A DNA stretch of 64,000 nucleotides from positions 107,260,001 through 107,324,000 of the forward strand of contig OX597815.1 in NCBI GenBank assembly GCA_951406725.2, given 5' to 3'. The translations under genes and the position numbers were made by a program. Under the pieces are notes generated by a model, which worked only from the letters and a program-made list of their open reading frames with translations, was not told the DNA's origin and searched no databases. The DNA comes from Octopus vulgaris (Eukaryota). Positions 27,995 through 40,764 of this stretch are shown here, one piece after another (positions within the stretch are counted from its first letter, which is position 1; each line of letters opens with the position of its first letter).

Positions 27995-28880
27995 ACACCT
28001 GAAACTTCTCTAATTCTGGTAGTGATTCAGCTATAAGAACAAAGTCATCAGCATAGAGTAGCTCCCGGGAGTAGCCTGTCTTAAATTCCTCTGTTATTGC
28101 CTGGAGGACTATTATGAACAAGAGGGGGCTGAGGACCGATCCTTGGTGAACCTTTACTTGTACCCTGAATTCTTTGTTGTACTTGTTGCTAATCCTCACC
28201 TTACTGTATATGACTTGTACAGCTTTCACCAACCACTCATCTATCCTTAGTTTCTGCATTGACGACCAGATAAGGGATTGGGGGACCCTGTCAAAGACTT
28301 TCTCCAAATCAACAAAATCCAAGTACTGAGGTTTATCTTTAGCAATGTATTTCTCCTGCAGCTGCCTTACCAGAAATATAGCATCAAAGGTGCTTCTCCC
28401 TAGCACAAAACCAAACTGCATCTCATCTAGACTAAACTCTCTCCCTAATTAGTTGGGCTATGACGCTCTCCGTAACTTTCATCATCTGATATGACAATTT
28501 GATATCTCTGTAATTATTTCTATCTAAGATATCACCTTTACCTTTGTAGCAGTTGACTATGGTGCTGCTACACCAGTTATTGGGAATGACTCCTTCTTGA
28601 ACCACCTGATTTAAAATATGGGTGACTAGACCATAACCTACACAACCAGATATTTTAAGCATTTCAGCAGTGATTCCTGATGGGCCAGGGGCTTTCCCTG
28701 TCTTCATATTAATTACTTTATCTATCAAGGTACTGTCAATTCGGATAGCTGGTCCCTCAATTGGGTCAACATTTGGCAGTTTCTCCTCCTGCCATTCATT
28801 CTTCACATTCAGCAGTCTTTCATAATGGCATTTCCAAGCCTCTTTCTTTGCAGAATGATTAAATGCAAGTGCATCATGTT
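27995..28880 (-). pseudogene. RTE LINE reverse transcriptase fragment, frameshifted
   Basis: ORFs 28432-28806 and 27966-28421: KAPGPSGIT, NYRDIKL, QFGFV, VHQGSVLSPLLF, YADD; same family as 40765-43189. Confidence 0.9.
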
Positions 28881-30794
28881 ATATACATTGTTTGAAAAGA
28901 AGGGTAGGATGGAGTGCATTGCTAAAGTGCTTTTGATCTTAGGTCTGCTTGATCAGATCTGACATTGGGTTAAGCAATGATAATAATGGCAGCTACAGCA
29001 GCAGCAACATCATCATCATCTTCACGATCATCATCACCATCACCACCACCGCCGCCACCACCATCATCATTATTATCATCATCCTCAGTAGCATCATTAA
29101 CAACAACAACATAGAAGCTTAAAAAATGAGTCATAGAAGAATCCCACAGTGAAAATATTCACATTAGATATCTCAGTACAGTTTGCAAGAGTGATAACAA
29201 ATAATAAAACCAACAGAATATTGTATCGATGATGATGAGAAAACTGGAACCCAATTAATATTATAGACACTGAGAAGTAAAGAGAAAATAATGAGAATCT
29301 AAAAAAATCTAATGAATAACAAAACATATCATTTAAGAATACACCTGCCAGGTGAAGCCAGAGATGAACAGAGACTAAATGCAAAAAAAAAAAAAAACTA
29401 ATATAGAAGAAGAAGTAACAAAGTCATTTTTTACAACTGTTATATCAATTCCTTCGTACCACAAAAAACTATTTCTTAAGTATGTGTTGCAACGATATAT
29501 GATTCTACTTTATGATATCTTCAGAACTATAAAATAGAAGCTGAAGGAAATTGAAAGAAAAAAAAAATGCTGAATCAAATATTTACTGGTAATGCAGTGA
29601 GTATAGAATGTATAGATAGACACAACCACGCACTAAGCATATCTACATTGGGAAAATCCACACATATTACAAAATTCATTAATATACTGAAAAAAAGTTA
29701 TATTAAAGCCAGGGTGGTAATAATGTGATGTATGGTTCTGTATGCAGGAAGGTGCTGGTAAAACAAACAAATATTTTTTCTTATTAAAGATAAAAATGGA
29801 AAATCCCCCCAACCCCACCTCTGCTGCCAATTCCCCCTCTTCTGCCGCCACTGCTGCGCTGCTGCCATCATTGATAATCTCTAAAAACTATATTCATTGT
29901 TATACTCTTGATACTTCTATTATGAGAGTTCTTACCTATTATTCTTGTCTTTGCCTCAAGAATCAAACAATCTTCATTGTAGAACAAAATTGAATATATA
30001 TATAAATAAATATGTATGTGCTTGTATTTATTTGTATTCATATATATATATATGTATGTATGTATGTGTAAAAAAATACAAACTGGGACAAGAACGCAAA
30101 ACATTTAGAAGACGATACAAAAAACATGGACGGGACATTCGAAGCCTTCAATCTTCAGTCAAGAACCGGATCATCCTCGCAATTTCGGCTGATTAATCTT
30201 GAGATTGCTCCGATCTGATCAGCCCCAAGGAAAATCTAAGCCAAGCGCATTGCATGTGTGTGTATTTACACACACACACACACACACATACACACACACG
30301 CTCATGTATATGTCTGTATGTATTTATGCATGCATGTACGCATGCATGTATATTTGTTAAGCTTAACTATCTTTTAATATTTACAAAGTTCATTAATATA
30401 TTGTATAAATTATTCAAACAAAAACCTGACAAGATCGTACAAAAACTTGGGTGGTAACAATATGAAACATGAGTACACATGAGAATCAATCAATATACTA
30501 CGTCTAAATAAAAAGATAATGCTTAACAAATTCTCAGATATTATCATTTCACATAGGCATAAATACCTCTCAACATTTAAATCCTTTCATTAAATAAAAA
30601 AAATCTTGTAAGAAGTACGTATCCACATTTAAATCCTTTCGTTAAGTAAAAATAAATCCTTAATAAAAAATAAAATAAAAAATAGAAAAAAAGGAAAAGA
30701 AAAATCCTTTCACCATGAGAATAATTTTCAGGAAGCCTATATTTTTAATTTCACCCCCACCATATATTTTTAATTTGTCTTTCTCTTTCTTTCT

Positions 30795-31182
30795 CTTTTA
30801 CTTGTTTCAGTCATTTGACTGTGGCCATGCTGGAGCACTGCCTTTAGTTGAGTAAATCGATCCCAGGACTTATTCTTTGTAAGCCTAGTAGTTATTCTAT
30901 CGGTCTCTTTTGCCGAACCGCTAAGTTTCGGGGATGTAAACACACCAGCATCGGTTGTCAAGCAATGTCGGGTGGGGGGGATAAACACAGATACACACAC
31001 ATACATATATATATACATTTATACGATGGGCTTCTTTCAGTTTCTGTCTACCAAATCCACTCACAAAGCTTTGGTCGGCCCGAGGCTATATTAGAAAACA
31101 CTTGCCCAAGGTGCCACGCAGTGGGATTGAACCCAGAACCATGTGATTCATAAGCAAGCTACTTACCACATAGCCACTCCTA
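30795..31182 (-). mobile_element. SINE family A, full-length, well preserved
   Basis: Reverse complement of head, microsatellite and tail, with CpGs retained. Confidence 0.88.
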
Positions 31183-31299
31183 CGTCTTAAATGTTTTATT
31201 TCATCCAATCAATTTTATGTAAAATACAAACTGGTATAGTGTAGCTGAACTTCAACATCTATGAACAAATGTACCAAATCTGATCCATACGAGATATTA

Positions 31300-31390
31300 A
31301 TATCCCTGATGAAGAAAATAGTGATACTGGAATGGATTTTAAATCAACATCAACTCTTACCATTATGTTCCTGAAATGGCCGTAGGATAT
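31300..31390 (+). ncRNA. Minimal type I hammerhead ribozyme motif in a (TA)n-terminated element (about 31190-31760)
   Basis: Helix I ATATCC/GGATAT; CTGATGA; 60-nt helix II; GAAA-TGGCCGTA (near-palindrome); GUA site. Confidence 0.75.
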
Positions 31391-31935
31391 ATATACATTA
31401 ATTTTCACATTTGGATTTTAATTTGGACTTTTCCCTTTGAGCTTTCCTTATACTCTTCTGAGTTTTAATATTAGCACCTCTGATGTGACGAACTGATCCT
31501 GTATGTACAAATTTCTGATTTACATATTGCTGAATATGCATTGTTTCAATGCGTATGTTACCCTCTCATATCGAAATATTTATTTTACATATATATTTTT
31601 ATGAAGCATTTAATGGATTGAAGCTTTACTTTTCATATATTGACTGATAACCCAGAATTTTGTCTCAAATCCTAAATCTTCTGTAATATTCCAATAGCCC
31701 AATTAACTTTGAGCACTAAATAGTTGTGCTATATACAGAGTATAATTCTCCCTATTCATTATATATATATATGTAATGTACTGTTCTGTGATGGTAAGAT
31801 CAACAAGAAAGGTATTGGTGATACAACACTCCTTACTTCCATATTAGAAAAAAGTGCATATAACTGGACTTGAACATACAGTCCCAGTAAATGAAAGAAA
31901 GTAGCAGCCTCTTTCAGTTCAGGAACATATATATA

Positions 31936-32592
31936 TAGGGTGAGTTCATGAAAAAAACAAAAAATGAAGACAGGTGGTGTACAAAACAAACAGATGTATT
32001 AGTATAACGCTCAGGAATAGAAAAAGTATTTTACGTTTCGAGCCTACACTCTTCGACAGAAAGGGACACAGAAAAAAACAAGGAGAGAAACAAGGAGAGA
32101 AAAAAAATGTGCGTAGTGGCTACCGATCTATCATGGCAACTGCCGGACAGACGGGTCACACAGGAGAGCGAAGAAGTAGGGTTGATAACAAAGTAAAGAT
32201 GACCCCCAACACGAAGGTGCATGTGTGTATAAGAGAGTACATATGTGCGTGTGAAAGAGGGCTGGTGGTCTGGACATGTGCATGTATGTATGTGTAGGTG
32301 GGAAAATGTGGGGATGGGAATTGGTCAGTGCTGGTGTGTGGGTGGTGTGTTGTGATGTGATGTGTAATGTTATATGGTGTAGTGTGGTGTGGTGTGATGT
32401 TGTTGGAAGGTGGGGGAGGCGAGAATGGGGAAAACACAGGTGGGGTGTGGGTTCCGCTGAGGGTTGGGGTAGAGTTGGGGTATGTGGGTAGGCAGAGGGT
32501 GGGGGTAGAGGTGGTGCATGTGGGTAGGCAGAGGGTGGGGGTAGAGGTGGGGTATGTGGGAGTGGGTGTAGGCGATAGGATGGGGGGATGGG
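31936..32592 (-). mobile_element. Penelope pLTR-like non-autonomous element with C-rich 5' part and hammerhead-like relic
   Basis: Bounded by TA runs; minus strand TTT-CTGTCGA-A-GAG-TGTAGG-CTC-GAAAC-GTA-AAA at 32029-32062; 36-bp G-rich tandem repeat at 32458-32560. Confidence 0.6.
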
Positions 32593-32964
32593 ATATATAT
32601 ATCAATAGACAACTACACCCCCCTCTCTCTAACACCTTGAACTCTATACCAAACTATATTTAAAGAAGACTTCAACTAAAATATTCCAGATATGTTTTAA
32701 CCACTAAACAGAAGATAAACTGTTTTTACTTCAAATTTTTACATTAAAAAAATTCTTTTAATATTTGATAAAATGAAATTTATCATCAAAACCAGTAATA
32801 TCTTATATTTTCTTTATATAATTTTAAAATCATTTTATTAAATTCTTTCCAAATTGAAATTTCTTAGATTTAATTCTGTGCTGTTTCCATGTCCATCTTT
32901 GATATATAAAAATTTGTTCTGTATAGATCTCTAATCTTCTTTCAACGATATATATATATATATA

Positions 32965-33215
32965 TAGGATAAAATCTTTACAGAGCGGAAAAATCTGTCA
33001 GTAACTAGCCATGAGACTCGAACTCACATCCCTTCAATTTCTATTCCATCTAGTGTTCCTAGATGAATTCATAAATTCTAAATTGCAGAAGAATTTGTCA
33101 GTAAAGCAGTTTAGCTTAAATGGTAAAGCGCTTTGACTGGAAATTGAAAGGATGTGATTTTGAGTCTTATGGCTGGTTGCTGACAGATTTTTCTACTCTA
33201 TAATATATCTTCCTA
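32965..33215 (+). mobile_element. tRNA-like element with an upstream inverted partial copy
   Basis: A-box TAGCTTAAATGG at about 33112; 32965-33041 is the reverse complement of 33140-33215 and keeps the B-box GTTCGAGTC. Confidence 0.65.
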
Positions 33216-33250
33216 CTTATACTGAATATGTGTGTGTGTGTGTGTGTATG

Positions 33251-33287
<37 letters not shown>

Positions 33288-33379
33288 TATACAATTTAAA
33301 ATATTTATTATTCAGTTAATTGTTTTATGAACTGTTGTCTCTATAATAGATTATAATATAGATTATAATATGTGTAAGC

Positions 33380-33635
33380 ATTGCAAGCTTACACGTATCC
33401 TCAGCAGTCATGGCCCATGTTTTACTGCCATGTAGCATGGCTGTTCACACACATGCGTCATACAGTCTACCTTTTACTCTGAGTGAGAGGGCCTTTGTCA
33501 CCAGTGGAGGTAGGAGCTCTCTGAACTTCGGCCAGGCTATTCTCATTCTAGCAGCTACAATTTCAGAGCATCCACCTCTGCTACTGACTTGGTCCCTTAG
33601 GTAATGGAAGCTATCAACTACTTCTAGTTTTTCTT
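33380..33635 (-). mobile_element. RTE LINE internal fragment
   Basis: Matches 41480-41725. Confidence 0.8.
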
Positions 33636-33715
33636 CCTGATATATATAATATACATAATATGCATATATATAATTTATATATATATATATATATAAAGCA
33701 GATGTTATACGACGT

Positions 33716-33792
<77 letters not shown>

Positions 33793-33831
33793 TCATCATC
33801 ATCAAAACCAGTAATATCTTATATACGACGT

Positions 33832-34380
<549 letters not shown>

Positions 34381-35829
34381 CTCGATAACCGACAACTGAT
34401 GAAGGGTCGTTCTCCATGATTCTTGTCCTGTTATCCATGTTTTTCTCTTATTGTTTGCATATTTAACTCATTTGTTCTCATGCTTCATGTTGTTTACACA
34501 GTTGGTGACATCCTGTACCCATACATGCACATATATATAAATATATATATACATACATATATTATTTATATTATTATTTAATTGAATGCCACGCATCTAT
34601 TTCCAAGTAAGTTTATATATTTATATGCATATACATATATATACACCTCTAAGCTAATGATGTTGATTACATAATTCTCATTCCCTTGTCAGTCAATAAT
34701 TAATATTATGCTCTGTACTCATCAATTACTTTGTTCTAAAGCATATGAATTCTAACAACTGGTTATTCATTTTGCTATGCCTAAGTAAAATTGTAATATG
34801 TGTGTGTGCATATGTGTGTGTGTGTGCACATGTGCATGTGTGTGTCAAAGCCAAGGGAACAATGTAGTATATACCTTTCCCAGTCTTGTTGATATCATGA
34901 TACAATAATCAAGTGGGTGGCTCCTGGTTTGTGAGCACAGGTTAAAAACATGACAAAATTCAGAAGCAAAAAATAATTGATCTTAATTTTCATTGATCAA
35001 GATAAAGTTTCGTGAATTTGTGAGAATGTACACATATAACATATTGTTGTGTTTAACAAAAATCAATTGAATTGTGTTTTGTAGTAAGTGATTTTAGTCA
35101 TTTCTTTGTTGTTAAAATATTTACAAGACGAATGTCATCAGTATAAGGAAATAATTTTGCATTTTGCACACTGGCTGAATAAGCTAGGTGAAACTTGAAG
35201 TTGCAGTCAACTCCATAAGCATGATAAATTCAACTCTGTTATCAGTATTGAGTTCTTTTATCAATAAAAGTTTGATGGTTGTTTATAACTTTATAAATTG
35301 ACATTTCTAACATAAATATATGTTCCTATTTCCAGTCAAGTACTTTTAGATATAGACTGTTACCAATGAAGCTGTAGCCAAAGCATATTCCTGTTTATGA
35401 TGAAAAATATTCCAGCCTCACCCTGGGAAACCGATTCTAGGCGCTTAACACATGCATGCACACGCACAGACACACACACACTCACACATGCACAGACACA
35501 CACACACACACGCACACACACAAAACTTTATTAAAAATAAATAGAAAAAACACTTTTTTGAGAAAAAACAACCCTTTGCTGACAGCACAACAACAAAAAC
35601 AAAAAAAAGACAAAAACAAAAATAAAATAAGCAGTCGTAAACTAAAAACTACTAAATTCCTCCAAGACAACATTAATTTTCAACAATTTGAAAATGATTT
35701 ATCCTTCATGATAAAAAGAAAAGAGTAAGTTTAATAATAACTTCCAAAAGTAGTTATTTACTACCAATATAGTAAAATGAACAACTTCCAAAAAGACTTA
35801 TGCAGTAAAATCAACAAGATAAAGAATTA

Positions 35830-36360
35830 AATAACATTTTAGCAAAATCTGATGAAAATGGAAAATGTCTATGGCATTGACAAACAAATATATTGCCAAC
35901 TTATATAGAGTTCTATTTCAAGCACATACAAAATGTCTGCCTTAGATGAAGTCAATATATTAGCAAAAAATATTGTTACCTACTCTGATATCGAAAATTG
36001 AACTAATATTATAATTTCACAGGAACCTTACATCTCTTTAAGAACCTACAAATTAAACCTTACTGGACATATAAATCCTTTAAAAACAGACTCTTGAATT
36101 ATCAATTGATTCTTTTATTCTTCAGCTTTAGTGTCTACCATCTCTACACCTATGGAAAAATTCAATCTCTGTAATGAATACTATCCAAAATAAAAAAAAA
36201 GAATGACTTATTCCAGTTTGATGTATGTGAGTAAATATAATTAAATCTATCCTCCATTATTCAATTAATTTTGCAGAAACTATAATTTCCATTAAATCAG
36301 CTGATATTGTGCTCAAACATCCTCTTTTTTTAACAACTATTTGGTTTACATGAATCCAGT
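35830..36360 (+). pseudogene. Highly decayed Penelope-like RT fragment
   Basis: AKSD..NVY..Y.QLI.SSISSTYK..VNILAKNIV...PYISL...INPLKTD...FQFDVCE matches the PLE RT pattern ADKT..NxY..ITxxYKK..FITLKDHK..INPxKSE..QFDI. Confidence 0.55.
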
Positions 36361-36756
36361 ATTATATATTTTAAAGTACACTTTACATATTCTAATAACA
36401 CCTAGACTCCCAGTGAATGAACTATAGAAGTTTCTCCACAGGATTTATCCATGTGTATATGTGTCTATATGTATATACATATATACTTACATAAATATGT
36501 TTACGTATATATTTGTATGAAGTACATGTAACTGTATATTTGCATGTATATCTGTATATTTGTTTATACATATATGGGTGTGTATATGTAAATCTATGTA
36601 CATTATAGGTGCATGCATAGCTGAGTGGTAAAAAGCTTACTTCCCAACCACATGGTTCCACTGCATGGCACTTTGGGCAAGTGTCTTCTACTATGGACTT
36701 GGGTTGGCCCAAACCTTGTGAGTGGATTGGTTGACAGAAACTGAAAGAAACCCATT

Positions 36757-37084
36757 GTACCATTTCTCCATTTTTTTCCATCCTTGTTTTCATATACATT
36801 TGCTGCTTTCCTCCAAGGAATCTAGTATTCTTAGCTTAGATTTTCCATGGGGCTGGTCAGATTGGAGCAATCTCAAGTATAACCAGCTGAAACTGCAAAG
36901 ATGATCTGGAACTTGACTGAGAAAGAAAACTCCGAATGACCTGTCCTTGTTTTATCTTGTCCCTTTGTGTATCATCTAACTGTTTGGATGTTTTGTTGTC
37001 AACTGTTGTATTCTTGTCTCATTTTTTGCATTCTTTCTTATATACATATAGTGGTATATGTACACTTTGGTATCTTATATGTAA

Positions 37085-37126
<42 letters not shown>

Positions 37127-37838
37127 CTTAATTTTGCACGACTCTCTTATTCTTTCTTTCTTTCTTTCTTTCAGCCCCTTCACACTTACTTCGTTCTTTT
37201 CACTCTTCTTTCTTTCACTCCTCCTCTCACATTTCTTGGCCTTCCTTTCATTCTCACCTTCCCTCCTCTTTCACTTCACTCTGTCTCTTTTCTTTTCTCT
37301 TTCTTTCTCATCCCTCCCTAATTCTTCTATTCCTCTGCCTCTACCCCTCTCCTTTCCTTCCACGGGACCAGTGTTCTGCCAAGCCTGACCTTTCTTTCTT
37401 GGTTCGACTACCATCTGTGCAACATCTATATTCCTTCCCATGCCTGTCATCTCTTATGTCCCTGCTGTAAGGCTTCACTTCCACACATTCCAGCTTAATT
37501 TAATCATCCTTAGTCGAAAGGCACCTGTTGTTACTGTTCTGTTGATTGCATTTGTATATGTGTACCATTTCTCCGTTTTTTTCCATCCTTGTTTTCATAT
37601 ACATTTGCTGCTTTCTTCCAAGGAATCTAGTGCTCATAGCTTAGATTTTCCTTGGGGCTGGCCAGATTGGAGCAGTCTCAAGTATAACCAGCAAAAACTG
37701 CAAAGATGACCTGGAACTCAACTGAGGAAAGAAAACTCTGAATGACCCATATTTGATTTTTCTTGTCCCTTTTTGTATAATCTAACTGTCTGGATGTTTT
37801 GTTGTCACCTGTTGCATTCTTGTCCCATTTTTTGTATT

Positions 37839-37840
<2 letters not shown>
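36757..37840 (+). mobile_element. Two direct copies of family D (36757-37040 and 37140-37840)
   Basis: About 280 bp direct repeat, 36757-37040 vs 37562-37840; each copy followed by TA-rich sequence. Confidence 0.8.
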
Positions 37841-37875
<35 letters not shown>

Positions 37876-38004
37876 CAACAGTAGTAATAATAGCAATGAT
37901 GGTAATGATAACGTTAATAATACTAACAATATAGAATCTTCTACCCCCTTCTCTAATCTCTCCTCTGATGATATTACCTCCTCTGTTCCCCAAAATTCAC
38001 CTAA

Positions 38005-38690
38005 TTATAATTGCCATCCTGGAACCATCTGCCCATTATAAACCCATTGCAGAAGATATGATGTAATTTACGGATCTTTTCATTTTTGTCGCCTGGACGT
38101 CAGATCTTTCTAGTTAACTAAATAATTTGAAACTTCGTGTACTGGTAGATTGTCTCAAAACAAAACACTAGTTCCAACTTGGGATCTTTTCATTTTCGTT
38201 GCCTGGACGTCAGATCTTTCTAGTTAACTAAATAATTTGAAACTTCGTGTACTGGTAGAGTGTCTCAAAACAAAACACTAGTTCCAACTTGTTTATTTAC
38301 AACTTGTTTAATTTACAAATGCACTGTCCTTAATCTATTACACAACTTTACTGCCATATACATAGGATTAACCAAAAGTTTTAAGCAAATATATGCTGCT
38401 CACCTCCATTCTTTTAGATATGATAAACATAGTAAATCTACCACAGTCACCAACCACATACATCATCTCAAAAATACAAATATACCCTATACTCTATCAT
38501 GGTCCATACTGGACTCAGGGCTTCCCTACCGAGGTCAACGCTCAACCTGCAAATTTTGCCTGAAGGAGGCACTTTACATATTAAAGCACAACTCTCCAAC
38601 ACTGCAAAATAAACATTACGAGGCACTAAGCACATGCAATCACCGCTTTTTTCACATTCAAATTCTACCACAAATTCAAATGCCTAAACG
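38005..38690 (+). pseudogene. Penelope-like GIY-YIG endonuclease remnant, interrupted
   Basis: CPL*THCRRYDVIY|KCTV..IYIGLTKSFKQ..H..SF..STT..H..LK..WSIL..PY..CKFCLKE..NK..E..C.HR. Confidence 0.85.
38072..38308 (+). mobile_element. Insertion made of a tandem 110-bp dimer, with 8-bp TSD TAATTTAC
   Basis: Units 38072-38181 and 38182-38291; TSD at 38064-38071 and 38309-38316. Confidence 0.8.
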
Positions 38691-39037
38691 ACCATACAGT
38701 ATCATCATCATCATCATCATCATCATCGTTTAACGTCCGTTTTCCGCGCTAGCACGGGTTGGACGGTATATATCTAATTCCTCACTCATACTCGAATATC
38801 ACAACCATTTAATTATATTTGTGTGTATATGCATGCATGCATATGTGTGTTTATATGTATGTGTGTGTGTATGTATGCATGAGCGTATGTATGAATGTAT
38901 GTGTATATGTATGCAAGGTATGTATACCTGCATATACAGGGGCGATAATACAGATACACATATATATGGGTGTGCATGTGTACATATACACATATGTACG
39001 AGTTGTATATGTAGATATCGATATGTATAAACATCTG

Positions 39038-39078
<41 letters not shown>

Positions 39079-39185
39079 AGAGGCATTATTACACATAAAT
39101 GCCTCACACTAAGAGGGACAAAGTCATTACTACCAAAATTATACTAATCATACCTAAATGCAGTTTTTCAAAGCAAGACATTTAA

Positions 39186-39228
<43 letters not shown>

Positions 39229-39289
39229 GTCTATAATATATACATATGTATACATCTTCACATATATATTTTCTTCTACTACTAAGCAA

Positions 39290-40165
39290 TGACCTGTCCA
39301 ACCACCTAATCTAAATTCTTCATTCCATACTACTACCCTTCTCTCTGCCCCATCACTTAGACTCTATCACTACATAATGACACTCCTTTACTTTTTATAC
39401 CTTTCTCTCTCTCTATCACCCCCATTCCTTCTATCTTTTTACACTCTAATATCTTTCTGTCTCTATCACCCTCTTCTCCCCATTCCTACTTTCAAATTAT
39501 CTTGACTGACCACTAACTGGTAAACTTTCCCTTATTATCTCTCTCCTTGTTTTTCTTTTCTTTATTCCTTTCTTCCTCTTTTTTTTCTCTTTTCTTTATT
39601 CCTCTCTTCCTGTTTTCGATTTGACCTTACAAATACATTCCCTACTTTTAGGTCACTTTAAATAAGACCCTTGATTCAATAGCACTGTGTACAAACCCTA
39701 TACTTGGAATAACCAATTTTATATACTATTAGATTTTACTCACAAGTTATTGGAATCTTATATGCATACCATTCTGCCTAAATGATGGATCTACAAATGC
39801 AATATCCCTTCATATCTCACATCTATTTTCATTCCTCTACTTCACTCTCTATTTCGTATTTTATATAAATTAACTATTGCTTAACCCTTTTCTCACGTTG
39901 TCTTCAATGAAGGGATATAATAAATATTCTGGAAACAGCTGTAAGACCTTTTATTTATAAATGTTCTAAAATTTTCACAGTCTTGGTTTTTTTTATCTCA
40001 TTCAGAAAAAATTTTTTTTATATATACACATGCTGATATATGACCTACGTTGGACTCCTTATTCACCTAATCACTGAACCTGGAGCTTAACTATGGTCTA
40101 TGCATAGCACTTACTCAGCATTACCTGACACCTTTGGGTCTTACTGACACCATTACCTCTCATAA
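39290..40165 (+). mobile_element. Probable PLE 3' UTR/pLTR with degenerate hammerhead (39900-39947)
   Basis: Pyrimidine-rich stretch, then GTCT-TCAATGA-AGGGATAT..ATATTCTG-GAAACAGCTGTA-AGAC; ends at (TA)n; downstream of the GIY-YIG remnant. Confidence 0.55.
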
Positions 40166-40181
40166 CCTATATATATATATG

Positions 40182-40227
<46 letters not shown>

Positions 40228-40274
40228 AGTATATGAAAGAATGGAGTTGAACGACTAGTTAACAAATATCCTTT

Positions 40275-40359
40275 ATTCTCGACATATGTTTCGAAGGCTG
40301 CATATTCCTAATTCCAAAGGAATAAGGAGTACATTATGCAGATTTCTCATCAGGAAAAT
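40275..40359 (-). ncRNA. Minimal type I hammerhead ribozyme, left-arm copy
   Basis: Minus strand ATTTTC-CTGATGA-helix II-GAAACATATGTC-GAGAAT. Confidence 0.8.
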
Positions 40360-40455
40360 CAAGGAACTTATGTCGACATCAAAATGCACAAAAAACTTTT
40401 TTGCTGACCGCTCTCAGTTTTTTTTGTGCATTTTGATGTCGACATAAGTTCCTTG

Positions 40456-40538
40456 ATTTTCCTGATGAGAAATCTGCATAATGTACTCCTTATTCCTTCG
40501 GAATTAAGAATATGCAGTCTTCGAAACATGTCGAGAAT
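40456..40538 (+). ncRNA. Minimal type I hammerhead ribozyme with intact core
   Basis: Helix I ATTTTC/GAGAAT; CTGATGA; helix II GAA..CTGCATA/TATGCAG..TTC; GAAAC; ACATGT palindrome; GUC site at 40530-40532. Confidence 0.82.
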
Positions 40539-40764
40539 AAAGGATATTTGTTAACTAGTCGTTCAACTCCATTCTTTCATATACTTATAATTTAAAAATA
40601 AACATACAAATTTCCGCACGAAGACACGTAGTCTATGCCCTAGGGACGTAGCTTCAACCGTGTTCTTTCTGATGTGAATTTGCTACCCAGGTATCGGTTA
40701 TCTTTCGAATTATCCTTAATAAGATAATTCATTCAACTACTCAAATATTTATATATATATATAT

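Larger units (their letters stand above)
40220..40750 (+). mobile_element. Penelope-type insertion: inverted partial pLTR plus longer pLTR, in (TA)n
   Basis: Arms 40220-40397 and about 40416-40593 differ by about 3 substitutions and small indels; unpaired extension to 40750. Confidence 0.85.

Noticed and set aside
33106-33175. Functional tRNA gene
   Set aside because: T-arm mutated in this copy and acceptor stem poor; treated as a tRNA-derived repeat
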